64,000 nucleotides of DNA from Bacteroidaceae bacterium (GTDB lineage: Bacteria > Bacteroidota > Bacteroidia > Bacteroidales > Bacteroidaceae). The notes under the pieces are model-generated. The model did no database searches. It was not told the origin of the DNA and saw nothing but the letters and a program-made list of their open reading frames with translations. Positions within the stretch are counted from its first letter, which is position 1. Every line of letters starts with the position of its first letter. The translations under genes and the position numbers were made by a program. Of the stretch, positions 19,662 through 31,717 are shown in pieces. The DNA is taken from the NCBI GenBank assembly GCA_017559845.1, contig JAFYQQ010000017.1, positions 20,224 to 84,223 of the forward strand. The letters are read 5' to 3'.

Positions 19662-22600
19662 ATGAAAAATAGACTAAGTAATACATTCATGCACAAAGCT
19701 CTGTGCCTGCTGGTTCTTTCCGGACTGGGCATGCCCGCTGTGACAGCCCAGGAAGTGGCAACAGACAGTGCAACCGTTCGTCGCATTGCAAAGGCGAAGA
19801 AAGAGGTAAACTATGAGATGAAGAACATCACCGGCCGCATTGTGGACGATGCCACAGGCGAACCCATGGGTGGTGTGCGCATCCAGGCACTGGGATTGGA
19901 AAGCTATTCTACCCTGACCGAAGAGGACGGAAGCTACAAGTTAGACATTCCCACCTTCTCTGATGTAATTTATGTGTACGCCGAAGGTTACAACCCCCTG
20001 CAGGTTGTGGTGAAGGAAGGCAAGGCTGATGGCAAGCTCATCAGCACCCACTTCAAGAACATCTACACCGACGGCACCAACATCACCGCCAACCGCATGA
20101 TTGAGGTGGACGAGACCAGTGGTGTGAGCATCGATACCGACATCCAGAACCATCTGGCCGGTGACATCTATACCATCAACCGCAACGGTGTACCCGGACA
20201 GGGTGCCTACATGCAGATCCGTGGTGTGAACTCACTGAATGCCGGTTCACAGCCCATGATCATTCTGGACGGCAACATCATTGACCCCCAGTATGACCGT
20301 ACCACCCTGCACGAAGGTTTCTACAACAACCTGCTGGCTTCCATCGATCCCGAGGACATAGCCAGTGTACAGGTGCTGAAGAATGGTACCGCACTCTATG
20401 GTGCCAAGGGTGCCAACGGTGTGGTAATCATCACCACCAAGCGCGGAAAGAGCCAGGCCACCAAGATTGGCGTGCGCATCTACGGTGGTGTGGAGTTGAC
20501 TCCCAAGAAGTTGGATGTACTCGGCGGTAACGACTACAGCAGCTACCTGAGCGACATGCTGAGCACCATGGACGACTACAATTTCAATTCATTGACCTCA
20601 TTGAAGTTCCTGGACAAGAGCCCCAGCAACTACTATCGCAACGTATTCAACAACAATACGGACTGGCAGAAGGATATGTACCAGAACGCCATGACCCAGA
20701 ACTACAAGATCAACGTAGAGGGTGGTGACGACATCGGTATGTACGCCCTTTCTCTGGGCTACACCAACAGCGAGGCTACCGGTGTGGGCACTGACATGGA
20801 CCGTCTGAACCTGCGTTTCAACACCGACATCAAGGTGTTCAAGAACCTGACCACCGGACTGGACATCGCCTACAACCAGACCAGCTACAACCTGATGGAT
20901 CAGGGATGGAGCGAGGACTACAGCATGCAGAACATCGGTGCGCCCAACGTACTGGGTGTGGTATCTGCCCCCTTCATCAGCCCCTATGCCTACTATTATG
21001 ACTATGACAGCAACGAGCCATTCGCTTCTGACCACTTGAAGCTGTCAAAGGAATATGCCGGAAAGTATGCAGCCACTTCAGACAACTGGGTACAGAACCC
21101 CTTCATGTTCCCCCGTACTTTGGGTATCAACGAGGCTTTGCGTAACCCCTACTGGGTAATCCGCAACGGTGAGGGTAACAACAAGAACTATGCACAGCTG
21201 ACCCAGATCCACTTGAACGTAAGTCCCAAGTGGCAGATCACCAAGCAGTTCAGCATCAGCGACCGTTTCAACTACACCATGAGCCGCAACAACGAGAAGT
21301 ACTTCCTTCCCATTGCCGGTACCAACATGTATGAGTTGAAGGACCTGGGTTCAATCTCCAGTGTACTGAAGACCCAGTTTGCCAAGGAGACCACACTGAA
21401 CAACGACTTGCGTCTGCAGTGGGCCAACACCTACGGTGCGCATGACATTGACGTGGCAGCCGGCTGGCGTTACAACAACTACCAGTTCAGCTACAACAGC
21501 ATGAGCGGTTACAACAATGAAAACGACAAGCTGCCCAACTTGAAGAAGAACATGCAGTATATCAACTACACCGGTACCAACGACAACTGGATTGACATGA
21601 CTTACTACCTGAACGCCAACTACAACTTCAAGAACCGCTACTTTGCGGACTTCGTAGTGAGCAGCCAGGCCAGCAGCCGCTTCGGTAACAACACCAAGGA
21701 CGGTTTCCAGATGGCAGGTGTAAGCTGGGGTGTATTCCCCTCACTGCAACTGGGATGGCTCATCAGCAGCGAACCCTGGTTCAAGACAGGCAAGGGCATC
21801 CAGTATCTGAAGCTGACCGCCGGTGCTGAAAAGAACGGTAACGACAACTTGGTGGACTACTATGCAGCCCGTACTTACTGGGAGAGCATGCAGGTAACCG
21901 AAAACACTGTAGGTCTCTACTTGAAGAACATCGAGAACAGTACCATCCAGTGGGAAACCACAACCAAGTACAACGTAGGTTTGGAAGGAAGCTTCCTGAA
22001 CAACCGTCTGCACGCAGGATTGGATCTGTACTGGCACAAGACCGATGACCTGCTGACCCTGAAGGAACTGAACTTCGTGAGCGGTATGAACAAGTACTGG
22101 ACCAACGAAGGTGCCATGACCAACAAGGGATTTGAAGTGAACGTGAACGCAGCCCTCATCAACAAGAAGAACTGGAAGTGGGAGCTGGGCGCAAGCATGG
22201 GCCACTACAACAACAAGGTGACCGACCTGCCCAACACCACCAACAACCGCATTGAAATCTACAAGAATGTATACAATCCCGCAACCGAAAGCTGGACTTC
22301 TGTAGAAGACGGTACCATCCATGGCTTCACCAACAGCGTATACGGCAACGAGAACATCCTCACTGCTGTAGGCTATGCCGCCGGCAGCTTCTACGGATGG
22401 CAGACCAACGGTGTGTTCGCAAGCGATGCTGAAGCCTCTAAGGCCACTACCGCTCCCGGTACCAACGGCTATCTGCTCTATCCCACCGGTATGAAGGAGA
22501 ATCCCTACCGCAACTTCCAGGCAGGTGACGTACGTTTCGTAGACCAGAACAACGACGGTGTAATTGACGACGCCGACAAGGTAGTCATCGGTAACCCCAA

Positions 22601-23099
22601 CCCCGACATCTACGGAAACATCTACAGCAGCCTGACATGGAAAGACCTGCGTCTGGACGTAAACTTCAAGTACAGCCTGGGTAACGACATCTACAACTAC
22701 CAGCGCGCTGTCATCGAGGGTCTGAACACCACTTACAACCAGAGCACCGCCGCCCTGCGCCGCTGGACCTTCGAAGGCCAGCAGACCGACATGCCCAAGG
22801 CATGCTACATGGAAAGCGAAGACTGGCGTAACAACGAGCGTTTCTCAGACCGCTGGATTGAGGACGGAAGCTATCTGAAGCTGAAGAACGTGCGCCTTAC
22901 CTATAAGATTCCTTACAGCAACAGCTGGTTGTTGGGTCTGAAGGTATGGGGAGAAGCCAACAACGTATTCACACTGACCAAGTACCTGGGTTCCGATCCC
23001 GAAATGAGCAGCCGCAACAGCTCATACTACCGTGGTGTGGACAACGGTCAGATTCCCTTCGGCCGCAGCTTCAATGTGGGTGTATCAATCAACCTGTAA
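19662..23099 (+). CDS. SusC/RagA-family TonB-dependent outer-membrane transporter (second copy)
   Basis: ATG 19662 preferred over TTG 19653. CarboxypepD_reg-like ITGRIVDDATGEPMGGVRIQA, plug VQVLKNGTALYGAKGANGVVIITTKRG. Barrel ends in GVSINL. Confidence 0.92.
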   Translation: MKNRLSNTFMHKALCLLVLSGLGMPAVTAQEVATDSATVRRIAKAKKEVNYEMKNITGRIVDDATGEPMGGVRIQALGLESYSTLTEEDGSYKLDIPTFSDVIYVYAEGYNPLQVVVKEGKADGKLISTHFKNIYTDGTNITANRMIEVDETSGVSIDTDIQNHLAGDIYTINRNGVPGQGAYMQIRGVNSLNAGSQPMIILDGNIIDPQYDRTTLHEGFYNNLLASIDPEDIASVQVLKNGTALYGAKGANGVVIITTKRGKSQATKIGVRIYGGVELTPKKLDVLGGNDYSSYLSDMLSTMDDYNFNSLTSLKFLDKSPSNYYRNVFNNNTDWQKDMYQNAMTQNYKINVEGGDDIGMYALSLGYTNSEATGVGTDMDRLNLRFNTDIKVFKNLTTGLDIAYNQTSYNLMDQGWSEDYSMQNIGAPNVLGVVSAPFISPYAYYYDYDSNEPFASDHLKLSKEYAGKYAATSDNWVQNPFMFPRTLGINEALRNPYWVIRNGEGNNKNYAQLTQIHLNVSPKWQITKQFSISDRFNYTMSRNNEKYFLPIAGTNMYELKDLGSISSVLKTQFAKETTLNNDLRLQWANTYGAHDIDVAAGWRYNNYQFSYNSMSGYNNENDKLPNLKKNMQYINYTGTNDNWIDMTYYLNANYNFKNRYFADFVVSSQASSRFGNNTKDGFQMAGVSWGVFPSLQLGWLISSEPWFKTGKGIQYLKLTAGAEKNGNDNLVDYYAARTYWESMQVTENTVGLYLKNIENSTIQWETTTKYNVGLEGSFLNNRLHAGLDLYWHKTDDLLTLKELNFVSGMNKYWTNEGAMTNKGFEVNVNAALINKKNWKWELGASMGHYNNKVTDLPNTTNNRIEIYKNVYNPATESWTSVEDGTIHGFTNSVYGNENILTAVGYAAGSFYGWQTNGVFASDAEASKATTAPGTNGYLLYPTGMKENPYRNFQAGDVRFVDQNNDGVIDDADKVVIGNPNPDIYGNIYSSLTWKDLRLDVNFKYSLGNDIYNYQRAVIEGLNTTYNQSTAALRRWTFEGQQTDMPKACYMESEDWRNNERFSDRWIEDGSYLKLKNVRLTYKIPYSNSWLLGLKVWGEANNVFTLTKYLGSDPEMSSRNSSYYRGVDNGQIPFGRSFNVGVSINL

Positions 23100-23125
23100 T
23101 GACCTAAAACCAAAAAAGTACGAAT

Positions 23126-24874
23126 ATGAAAAGAAAATCAATTATAAGCTTGCTTATCTTCTGCATGAGTCTGGGCATGGTTACCACCTCATGCGAGGAC
23201 ATGTTGACATCTGACAGCGAGCGCCATTCATACGAAGTGGCTCAGGATACCCTATACTCTTACTGGGGTATCCTGAAGTCCCTGCAAAACGTAGCCGAGC
23301 GCTACGTAATTCTGGGCGAGTGCCGCGGTGACCTGGTAACCAGCACCGGATATGTGAGCGACACCATCGCCGCCATTGTGAACTTCGGTCAGAACGGAAC
23401 CGCAGCCAAGTACAAGGACGGTGCCAGCAAGTATCTGAAGGCCAGTGACTACTATCACATCATCAACAGCTGTAATGCCTACATTGCACACTGTGATACC
23501 TTCCAGACCACGGGTACCAACCAGAAGTACATGATTAAGGAGTATGCCCAGGTGCAGGCCATCCGTGCATGGACCTACATGCAGCTGGTACAGGTGTACG
23601 GCGAAGTGCCCTTCTACACCAAGCCCCTGCTGACCACCAAGGAAATTGACGAGTTCTGGAATTCAGACTACCCCACTGCCAATGCCGGCAACCTGGTAGA
23701 CCTGCTCGGTCCCGAACTCATCAACATGGAGTTTGTAGAGAAAATCTACGGTTTCCCCCAGTATAACCAATACGGCCGTACAAGCCATGTTTGCCACAGC
23801 AGCCTGTGTATGTTCCCCGTGAGCATTGTATTGGGTGACCTCTATCTGATGGAAGGTAGCGCCGCTTCTTGCGCCAAGGCCGCACAGCACTACTACAACT
23901 ACCTGAATACAGAGAACGGCGGTCCCCTGTTGCCCAGCACATACTGCACAGGTGACTTGAACGAACGTAGTCCGTTGCCCAACTATTCTCACCATGGAAC
24001 TATTCCTTATACCAGCAAGAGTAAGGTTAGCGCCAGCAACGAGGCTATTACCTGTATTCCCAGCAGCACCAACAAGCTTTGGGGTACCGTACTGACTGAC
24101 GTAAACCGCCTCTTCGGTTTCGAAGCAGAAATCCGCGTAAACACCTATGGTGAAGTAGAGGATGAAAAAGATGAAGACGGAACAACAACGACTGCCAGTG
24201 TATTACTCAGCCGTCAGGACGATCCTGAATTGGTTGCCAGTGCCGGATATGACACCATCTGCATGAAGCAGGATTACGAAATGTATATCGGTGATTATGA
24301 AAACCCCGACCAGGCTGTAATCAAGGTTTTGCCCAAGGTGGGTGACGCCCGTCAGTATTGGAACAACCGTCGCATCTACATGAACGAGATGGAAAAGATG
24401 GATACCATGTTCTATGTAATGAAGCAGAATCCTGGAACAGGCTTTACCACCGTATATCCCATGGTTTACCGCAAGACCGGTGTATGGTTGCGCTATGCAG
24501 AGGCCATCAACCGTGCCGGCTATCCCAGCTATGCTTTTGCCGTGCTGAAGAACGGTCTTTGCAACAACGATTACTGGTATCCCGATGCTGAGACAGATTA
24601 TGCAATCAAGGATCAGTTGTACTACGGTCTGTACAAGGACAGCGTATACCTGCCCTATAACATTCCTGTTGGCGCAGAAATCAACGTAGATTCAATTCTG
24701 GCCACTGATTACTGCAAGAACATTGCAGAACTGGACAGCATGATAAGCCTGCACGCCGATTCTATCAGCCTGGCTGATGTACAGGTGGGCAATATCGTAC
24801 TGAGCACAGAGAACTTTACAGACGAGTCTTGCTCACAGACTTGCCACTACTTGGACAAGCGTGAGGTAATGTAG
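23126..24874 (+). CDS. RagB/SusD-family lipoprotein, N-terminal 582 aa ending at an in-frame TAG
   Basis: Lipoprotein signal (LGMVTTSCEDM). SusD-like N-terminal helices (IRAWTYMQLVQVYGEVPFY). The stop TAG at 24872-24874 is in the same frame as the next ORF. Confidence 0.8.
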   Translation: MKRKSIISLLIFCMSLGMVTTSCEDMLTSDSERHSYEVAQDTLYSYWGILKSLQNVAERYVILGECRGDLVTSTGYVSDTIAAIVNFGQNGTAAKYKDGASKYLKASDYYHIINSCNAYIAHCDTFQTTGTNQKYMIKEYAQVQAIRAWTYMQLVQVYGEVPFYTKPLLTTKEIDEFWNSDYPTANAGNLVDLLGPELINMEFVEKIYGFPQYNQYGRTSHVCHSSLCMFPVSIVLGDLYLMEGSAASCAKAAQHYYNYLNTENGGPLLPSTYCTGDLNERSPLPNYSHHGTIPYTSKSKVSASNEAITCIPSSTNKLWGTVLTDVNRLFGFEAEIRVNTYGEVEDEKDEDGTTTTASVLLSRQDDPELVASAGYDTICMKQDYEMYIGDYENPDQAVIKVLPKVGDARQYWNNRRIYMNEMEKMDTMFYVMKQNPGTGFTTVYPMVYRKTGVWLRYAEAINRAGYPSYAFAVLKNGLCNNDYWYPDAETDYAIKDQLYYGLYKDSVYLPYNIPVGAEINVDSILATDYCKNIAELDSMISLHADSISLADVQVGNIVLSTENFTDESCSQTCHYLDKREVM

Positions 24875-24892
24875 AGCAAGGGTATTGACTAC

Positions 24893-25396
24893 ATGAACTT
24901 CATGACCCGTTACATGAGAAGTTCTACCAGATCTGTTACATACTTTATGAAGAAAGAACTTCGCGGAAATAACTCATCTTCATTCAGCTATCCCAGCAAT
25001 CCCACTGCAGACAACTACATCACAACCGGTGTACATGCCCGTGGTGCCGGCCGTCTGAGATATGACGATCGTAACAGCAGCTACAACTATGTAACTCAGG
25101 TATGCAAGAAGATCAAGGAAAATACCGGTATCGAAGTGACCAAGGAAGACATCTACAGCGGTAACTTTGATGCAGACGTACAGGATGCTGTTGAAGACCT
25201 GATCATTGACGAATGCGCTCTGGAAATGGCGTTCGAGGGTAACCGCTTCTTTGACCTGATGCGCGTAGCACGCCGCCGTGGTAACGACTACCTGGCAAGC
25301 CGCGTAGCAAAGCGTAACGGAACTGAGGATGCTGCTATGCGTGCATTCCTCCAGAACGATAAGAACTGGTATCTCCCCTTCCCAGTTTACGAGTAA
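24893..25396 (+). CDS. RagB/SusD-family C-terminal fragment (same frame as 23126..24874)
   Basis: Contains the canonical SusD C-terminal motif ECALEMAFEGNRFFDLMRVARRRG. 23126 and 24893 are both 2 mod 3. The codons between the TAG and 24893 read SKGIDY with no further stop. Confidence 0.75.
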   Translation: MNFMTRYMRSSTRSVTYFMKKELRGNNSSSFSYPSNPTADNYITTGVHARGAGRLRYDDRNSSYNYVTQVCKKIKENTGIEVTKEDIYSGNFDADVQDAVEDLIIDECALEMAFEGNRFFDLMRVARRRGNDYLASRVAKRNGTEDAAMRAFLQNDKNWYLPFPVYE

Positions 25397-25418
25397 TTCA
25401 TAAACCTTGTGAATAGAA

Positions 25419-25450
25419 AAGGATGCGCCTTTTGGGTGCATCCTTTTTTT
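25419..25450 (+). terminator. intrinsic terminator after the SusD-like gene
   Basis: AAGGATGCGCC / GGTGCATCCTT stem with a TTTT loop, followed by a T7 run. Confidence 0.75.
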
Positions 25451-25454
25451 GTTT

Positions 25455-25499
25455 ATAGAAGGGCTAGATGGGCTAGAAAGACTAGAAGAACTAGAAGTT
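25455..25499. repeat. 9-bp phased CTAGA array (5 units)
   Basis: ATAGA/CTAGA starts at 25455, 25464, 25473, 25482 and 25491. Confidence 0.85.
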
Positions 25500-25705
25500 A
25501 TAAGCATTAAGGTAAAGTCTGAAAGACTGTAAGCCCGAAGGGCGAATAGCCGCGGGTTCTTGAACCCGTGGAAATAAAACGGGATATATAATGGGCGTCT
25601 TTCAGACGCTTTTCTTGTGAAAACACATATTACCACGGACTTAAAAGTCCGCGGCTATTCATAACCGCGTCTTTGCAGACGCATAGGGTTTAAAGGGGGA
25701 ATTAG
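25500..25705. repeat. cluster of short hairpin modules (GAATAGCC-type mosaic repeat)
   Basis: Successive hairpins: AGTCTGAAAGACT, GCCCGAAGGGC, CCGCGGGTTCTTGAACCCGTGG, GCGTCTTTCAGACGC, CACGGACTTAAAAGTCCGCGG, GCGTCTTTGCAGACGC. Positions 25531-25574 are the exact reverse complement of 46421-46464. Confidence 0.85.
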
Positions 25706-25710
25706 GTGGG

Positions 25711-25800
25711 CTAGGATTTCTAGATGGGCTAGAAAAACTAGAAGAGCTAGAAAGACTAGAAGAACTAGAAGAACTAGAAAAGCTAGAAGAACTAGAAGAC
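25711..25800. repeat. 9-bp phased CTAGA array (10 units)
   Basis: CTAG starts at 25711, 25720, 25729, 25738, 25747, 25756, 25765, 25774, 25783 and 25792. Consensus CTAGAAGAA. Confidence 0.9.
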
Positions 25801-25829
25801 AAAAAAATCCCCGGGGGTGGCCCGGGGAT
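25801..25829 (-). terminator. intrinsic terminator of the beta-galactosidase gene
   Basis: On the minus strand: ATCCCCGGG-CCACC-CCCGGGGAT followed by T7, starting about 10 nt after the TGA at 25840-25842. Confidence 0.8.
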
Positions 25830-25839
25830 TCTGGTTTAA

Positions 25840-29028
<3,189 letters not shown>

Positions 29029-29118
29029 TTACAGCGATTTGTGAAAAAATATGAAAGAAAAAAGAACGAGAGAAACAAAAATTAACTACATTTGAGGCAC
29101 ATAGTCATAAAGGCGGCA

Positions 29119-29826
29119 ATGAAAAGAAGGATAAAGCAAGTCTGGGCATCATTCATGAACCTGATTATGCCCCGGGAATGTCCCGTATGCGGCAAACGGA
29201 TGATGCCAACGGAAGAGACAATGTGCATTGGATGCATGTCCATGCTTCCGACGGCAAACCTTGAAGACAGCCGGGACAACGGAATGATACGTCTGGTATG
29301 GCCGGGAACGAAGGTGGAACACGGTCTGTGTCTCTTCTACTACCGTAGTCACAACGCCCATCAAAAACCCGTGATGCAATTCAAATACATGAAAAACGCC
29401 AAGCTGGCACGCACCATGGGACAACTGGCAGCCACGGTGATTGCTGAATATGGCATTGAGAAAGAGATTGACGGTTTGATTCCGGTGCCGCTGAGCTGGC
29501 GAAGACATTTGGAACGCGGATACAACCAGGCGGAATGGCTGGCACAAGGCATTGCGGAGACTTTCAGGCTGCCCGTTCATACGAAACTGTTGAAACGTAC
29601 CGAACACCGCCGTCAGCAAACCCGTCTGAACCGAGAAGAGCGCAAAGAGAATGCGGAAGGACTGTACCGGGCAACGATTCCAGAGCAGATGAAAGGCAGA
29701 CATTTCCTGATTGTGGACGATGTGTGTACCACCGGCGCCACACTGAGTGCCTGCGCCAAAGCCATCAAAGAGGCTGACCCAAGCGCATGTGTAAGCATAT
29801 TTGCCCTAGCATGGGTCGGAGAGTAA
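29119..29826 (+). CDS. comF: ComF-family phosphoribosyltransferase-domain protein
   Basis: ATG 29119 preferred over TTG 29092. N-terminal Cys pairs CPVCG...CIGC. C-terminal PRTase motif FLIVDDVCTTGATL. Confidence 0.8.
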   Translation: MKRRIKQVWASFMNLIMPRECPVCGKRMMPTEETMCIGCMSMLPTANLEDSRDNGMIRLVWPGTKVEHGLCLFYYRSHNAHQKPVMQFKYMKNAKLARTMGQLAATVIAEYGIEKEIDGLIPVPLSWRRHLERGYNQAEWLAQGIAETFRLPVHTKLLKRTEHRRQQTRLNREERKENAEGLYRATIPEQMKGRHFLIVDDVCTTGATLSACAKAIKEADPSACVSIFALAWVGE

Positions 29827-29939
29827 GCAAAAAGGCAATAAAACTGATATTTTTAACACAAAAACGTAGAAAAATAGACATTTTGATATTTTTTTATTGT
29901 TTTTTCTTACAAACTATTGTCTATATCTACAAAAAAACT

Positions 29940-29947
29940 TACCTTTG
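29940..29947 (+). promoter_or_regulatory. candidate -7 element TACCTTTG upstream of gdhA
   Basis: TAnnTTTG match about 150 nt upstream of gdhA. A REP copy lies in the putative leader. Confidence 0.35.
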
Positions 29948-30036
29948 CAACCGAAATAATTTAAGAAAAGGTAAAAAAGAAAGGTGCAGGAATACGGCAT
30001 GCCGCTTCCGAAATGCATCGGACAGAATGTGAATCC

Positions 30037-30061
30037 CGGACGCAGCACGCTGCGTCCCTAC
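30037..30061. repeat. REP-like hairpin CGGACGCAGCACGCTGCGTCCCTAC (single arm)
   Basis: Identical to the right arm at 2054-2078. Confidence 0.85.
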
Positions 30062-30099
30062 AACATGAAATTCTAACATTAAAATAACATATAAATATT

Positions 30100-31437
30100 A
30101 TGGACGCTAAAAAAGTTCTGGAAGACCTGAAAAGACGCTTCCCCAATGAGCCTGAATATCACCAGGCTGTAGAAGAGGTACTTGCTACCATTGAAGAAGA
30201 ATACAACAAGCACCCCGAGTTTGATAAAGCCAACCTGATTGAACGCCTGTGCATTCCCGACAGAGTGTATCAATTCCGCGTAACATGGGTGGACGACAAG
30301 GGTCAGGTGCAAACCAATATGGGATACCGTGTACAGCACAACAACGTAATCGGCCCCTACAAGGGCGGTATCCGCTTCCACAAGAGCGTAAACCTGGGTA
30401 TTCTGAAGTTCCTTGCCTTTGAGCAGACCTTCAAGAACTCTCTGACCACACTGCCTATGGGTGGCGGCAAGGGAGGCTCTGACTTCAGCCCCCGCGGAAA
30501 GTCAAGCGCCGAAGTGATGCGTTTCTGCCAGGCCTTCATGCTGGAACTTACCCGCCACATCGGCGCTGATGTGGACGTTCCTGCCGGCGACATCGGTGTG
30601 GGCGGACGCGAAGTGGGTTACATGTTCGGCATGTACAAGAAACTGACACACGAGTTCAGCGGTGTATTCACCGGTAAGGGTCTGGAATTCGGCGGTTCAC
30701 TGGTACGCCCCGAAGCTACTGGATACGGCAACGTATATTTCCTGATGGAAATGCTGAAGACCAAGGGTACCGACCTGCAGGGCAAGACCGTGCTGATTTC
30801 CGGTGCCGGAAACGTGGCACAGTACACCGCAGAGAAGGTGTTGCAGCTGGGCGGAAAGGTGCTGACCATGAGCGACTCTGACGGTTACATCTATGATCCC
30901 GACGGCATCGACCGCGAAAAGCTGGACTACATCATGGAACTGAAGAACATCTACCGTGGACGTATCAAGGAATATGCAGACCAGTATCCCAACGCCAAAT
31001 ATGTGGCTGGCGCCAAGCCTTGGTTCGAGAAGGCTGACATCGCCCTTCCCTCTGCCACACAGAACGAACTGAACGAGGAAGCAGCCAAGGCACTCGTGGC
31101 CAACGGTGTGATTGCCGTGAGCGAAGGTGCCAACATGCCCTCTACCCCCGAAGCCATCCGTGTGTTCCAGGAAGCCAAGATTCTGTATGCACCCGGAAAG
31201 GCTGCCAATGCCGGAGGTGTATCCGTAAGCGGTCTGGAAATGTCACAGAACTCTGAGCGTCTGAGCTGGACAAGAGAAGAAGTAGACAGCCGTCTGCACG
31301 CTATTATGGAGAACATTCACCAGAACTGCGTGAAATACGGTACCGAGGCCGACGGATATGTAAACTATGTGAAGGGCGCAAACGTTGCCGGATTCATGAA
31401 GGTGGCCAAGGCCATGATGGCACAAGGTATTGTGTGA
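30100..31437 (+). CDS. gdhA: NAD(P)-specific glutamate dehydrogenase
   Basis: 445 aa. GGGKGGSDFSPRGKS catalytic-Lys motif, Rossmann ISGAGNVAQY. Full-length hexameric GDH architecture. Confidence 0.95.
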   Translation: MDAKKVLEDLKRRFPNEPEYHQAVEEVLATIEEEYNKHPEFDKANLIERLCIPDRVYQFRVTWVDDKGQVQTNMGYRVQHNNVIGPYKGGIRFHKSVNLGILKFLAFEQTFKNSLTTLPMGGGKGGSDFSPRGKSSAEVMRFCQAFMLELTRHIGADVDVPAGDIGVGGREVGYMFGMYKKLTHEFSGVFTGKGLEFGGSLVRPEATGYGNVYFLMEMLKTKGTDLQGKTVLISGAGNVAQYTAEKVLQLGGKVLTMSDSDGYIYDPDGIDREKLDYIMELKNIYRGRIKEYADQYPNAKYVAGAKPWFEKADIALPSATQNELNEEAAKALVANGVIAVSEGANMPSTPEAIRVFQEAKILYAPGKAANAGGVSVSGLEMSQNSERLSWTREEVDSRLHAIMENIHQNCVKYGTEADGYVNYVKGANVAGFMKVAKAMMAQGIV

Positions 31438-31450
31438 TATAATAGAAGAA

Positions 31451-31488
31451 GACCCTCCCCCCTGCCCCCTCCCTCTATGGAGGGGGAG
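31451..31488. repeat. C-rich hairpin element GACCCTCCCCCCTGCCCCCTCCCTCTATGGAGGGGGAG
   Basis: Second copy at 34691-34726. The hairpin is CCCCCTCC / GGAGGGGG. The two copies differ by paired 1-nt indels that preserve the stem. Confidence 0.8.
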
Positions 31489-31517
31489 CCTATAACGATA
31501 ACGTTGAGCGATGTGGG

Positions 31518-31592
31518 CGGACGCTGCACGCAGCGTCCCTACAATTCCACAAAACAAACAAGAAAAGGTAGGGACGTAGCGCGCTGCGTCCG
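31518..31592. repeat. REP-like pair in tail-to-tail orientation
   Basis: CGGACGCTGCACGCAGCGTCCCTAC at 31518-31542 and GTAGGGACGTAGCGCGCTGCGTCCG at 31568-31592. Variants of the 2003-2078 family. Confidence 0.8.
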
Positions 31593-31717
31593 AAAAGACA
31601 CAGACGCACAATACCCAACCTACAACAAACAACGAGTCAGTAAGTTTTTCCGTCCTTGCTGACTCGTTGAATCGTTGAACATCGCACCCCCTACTCTAAC
31701 ACCACTTACCCAAAGAC

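Noticed and set aside
31477-31662. 61-aa ORF in the gdhA downstream region
   Set aside because: It is composed of translated repeat elements (the C-rich hairpin and a REP pair), and no coding signal is present.
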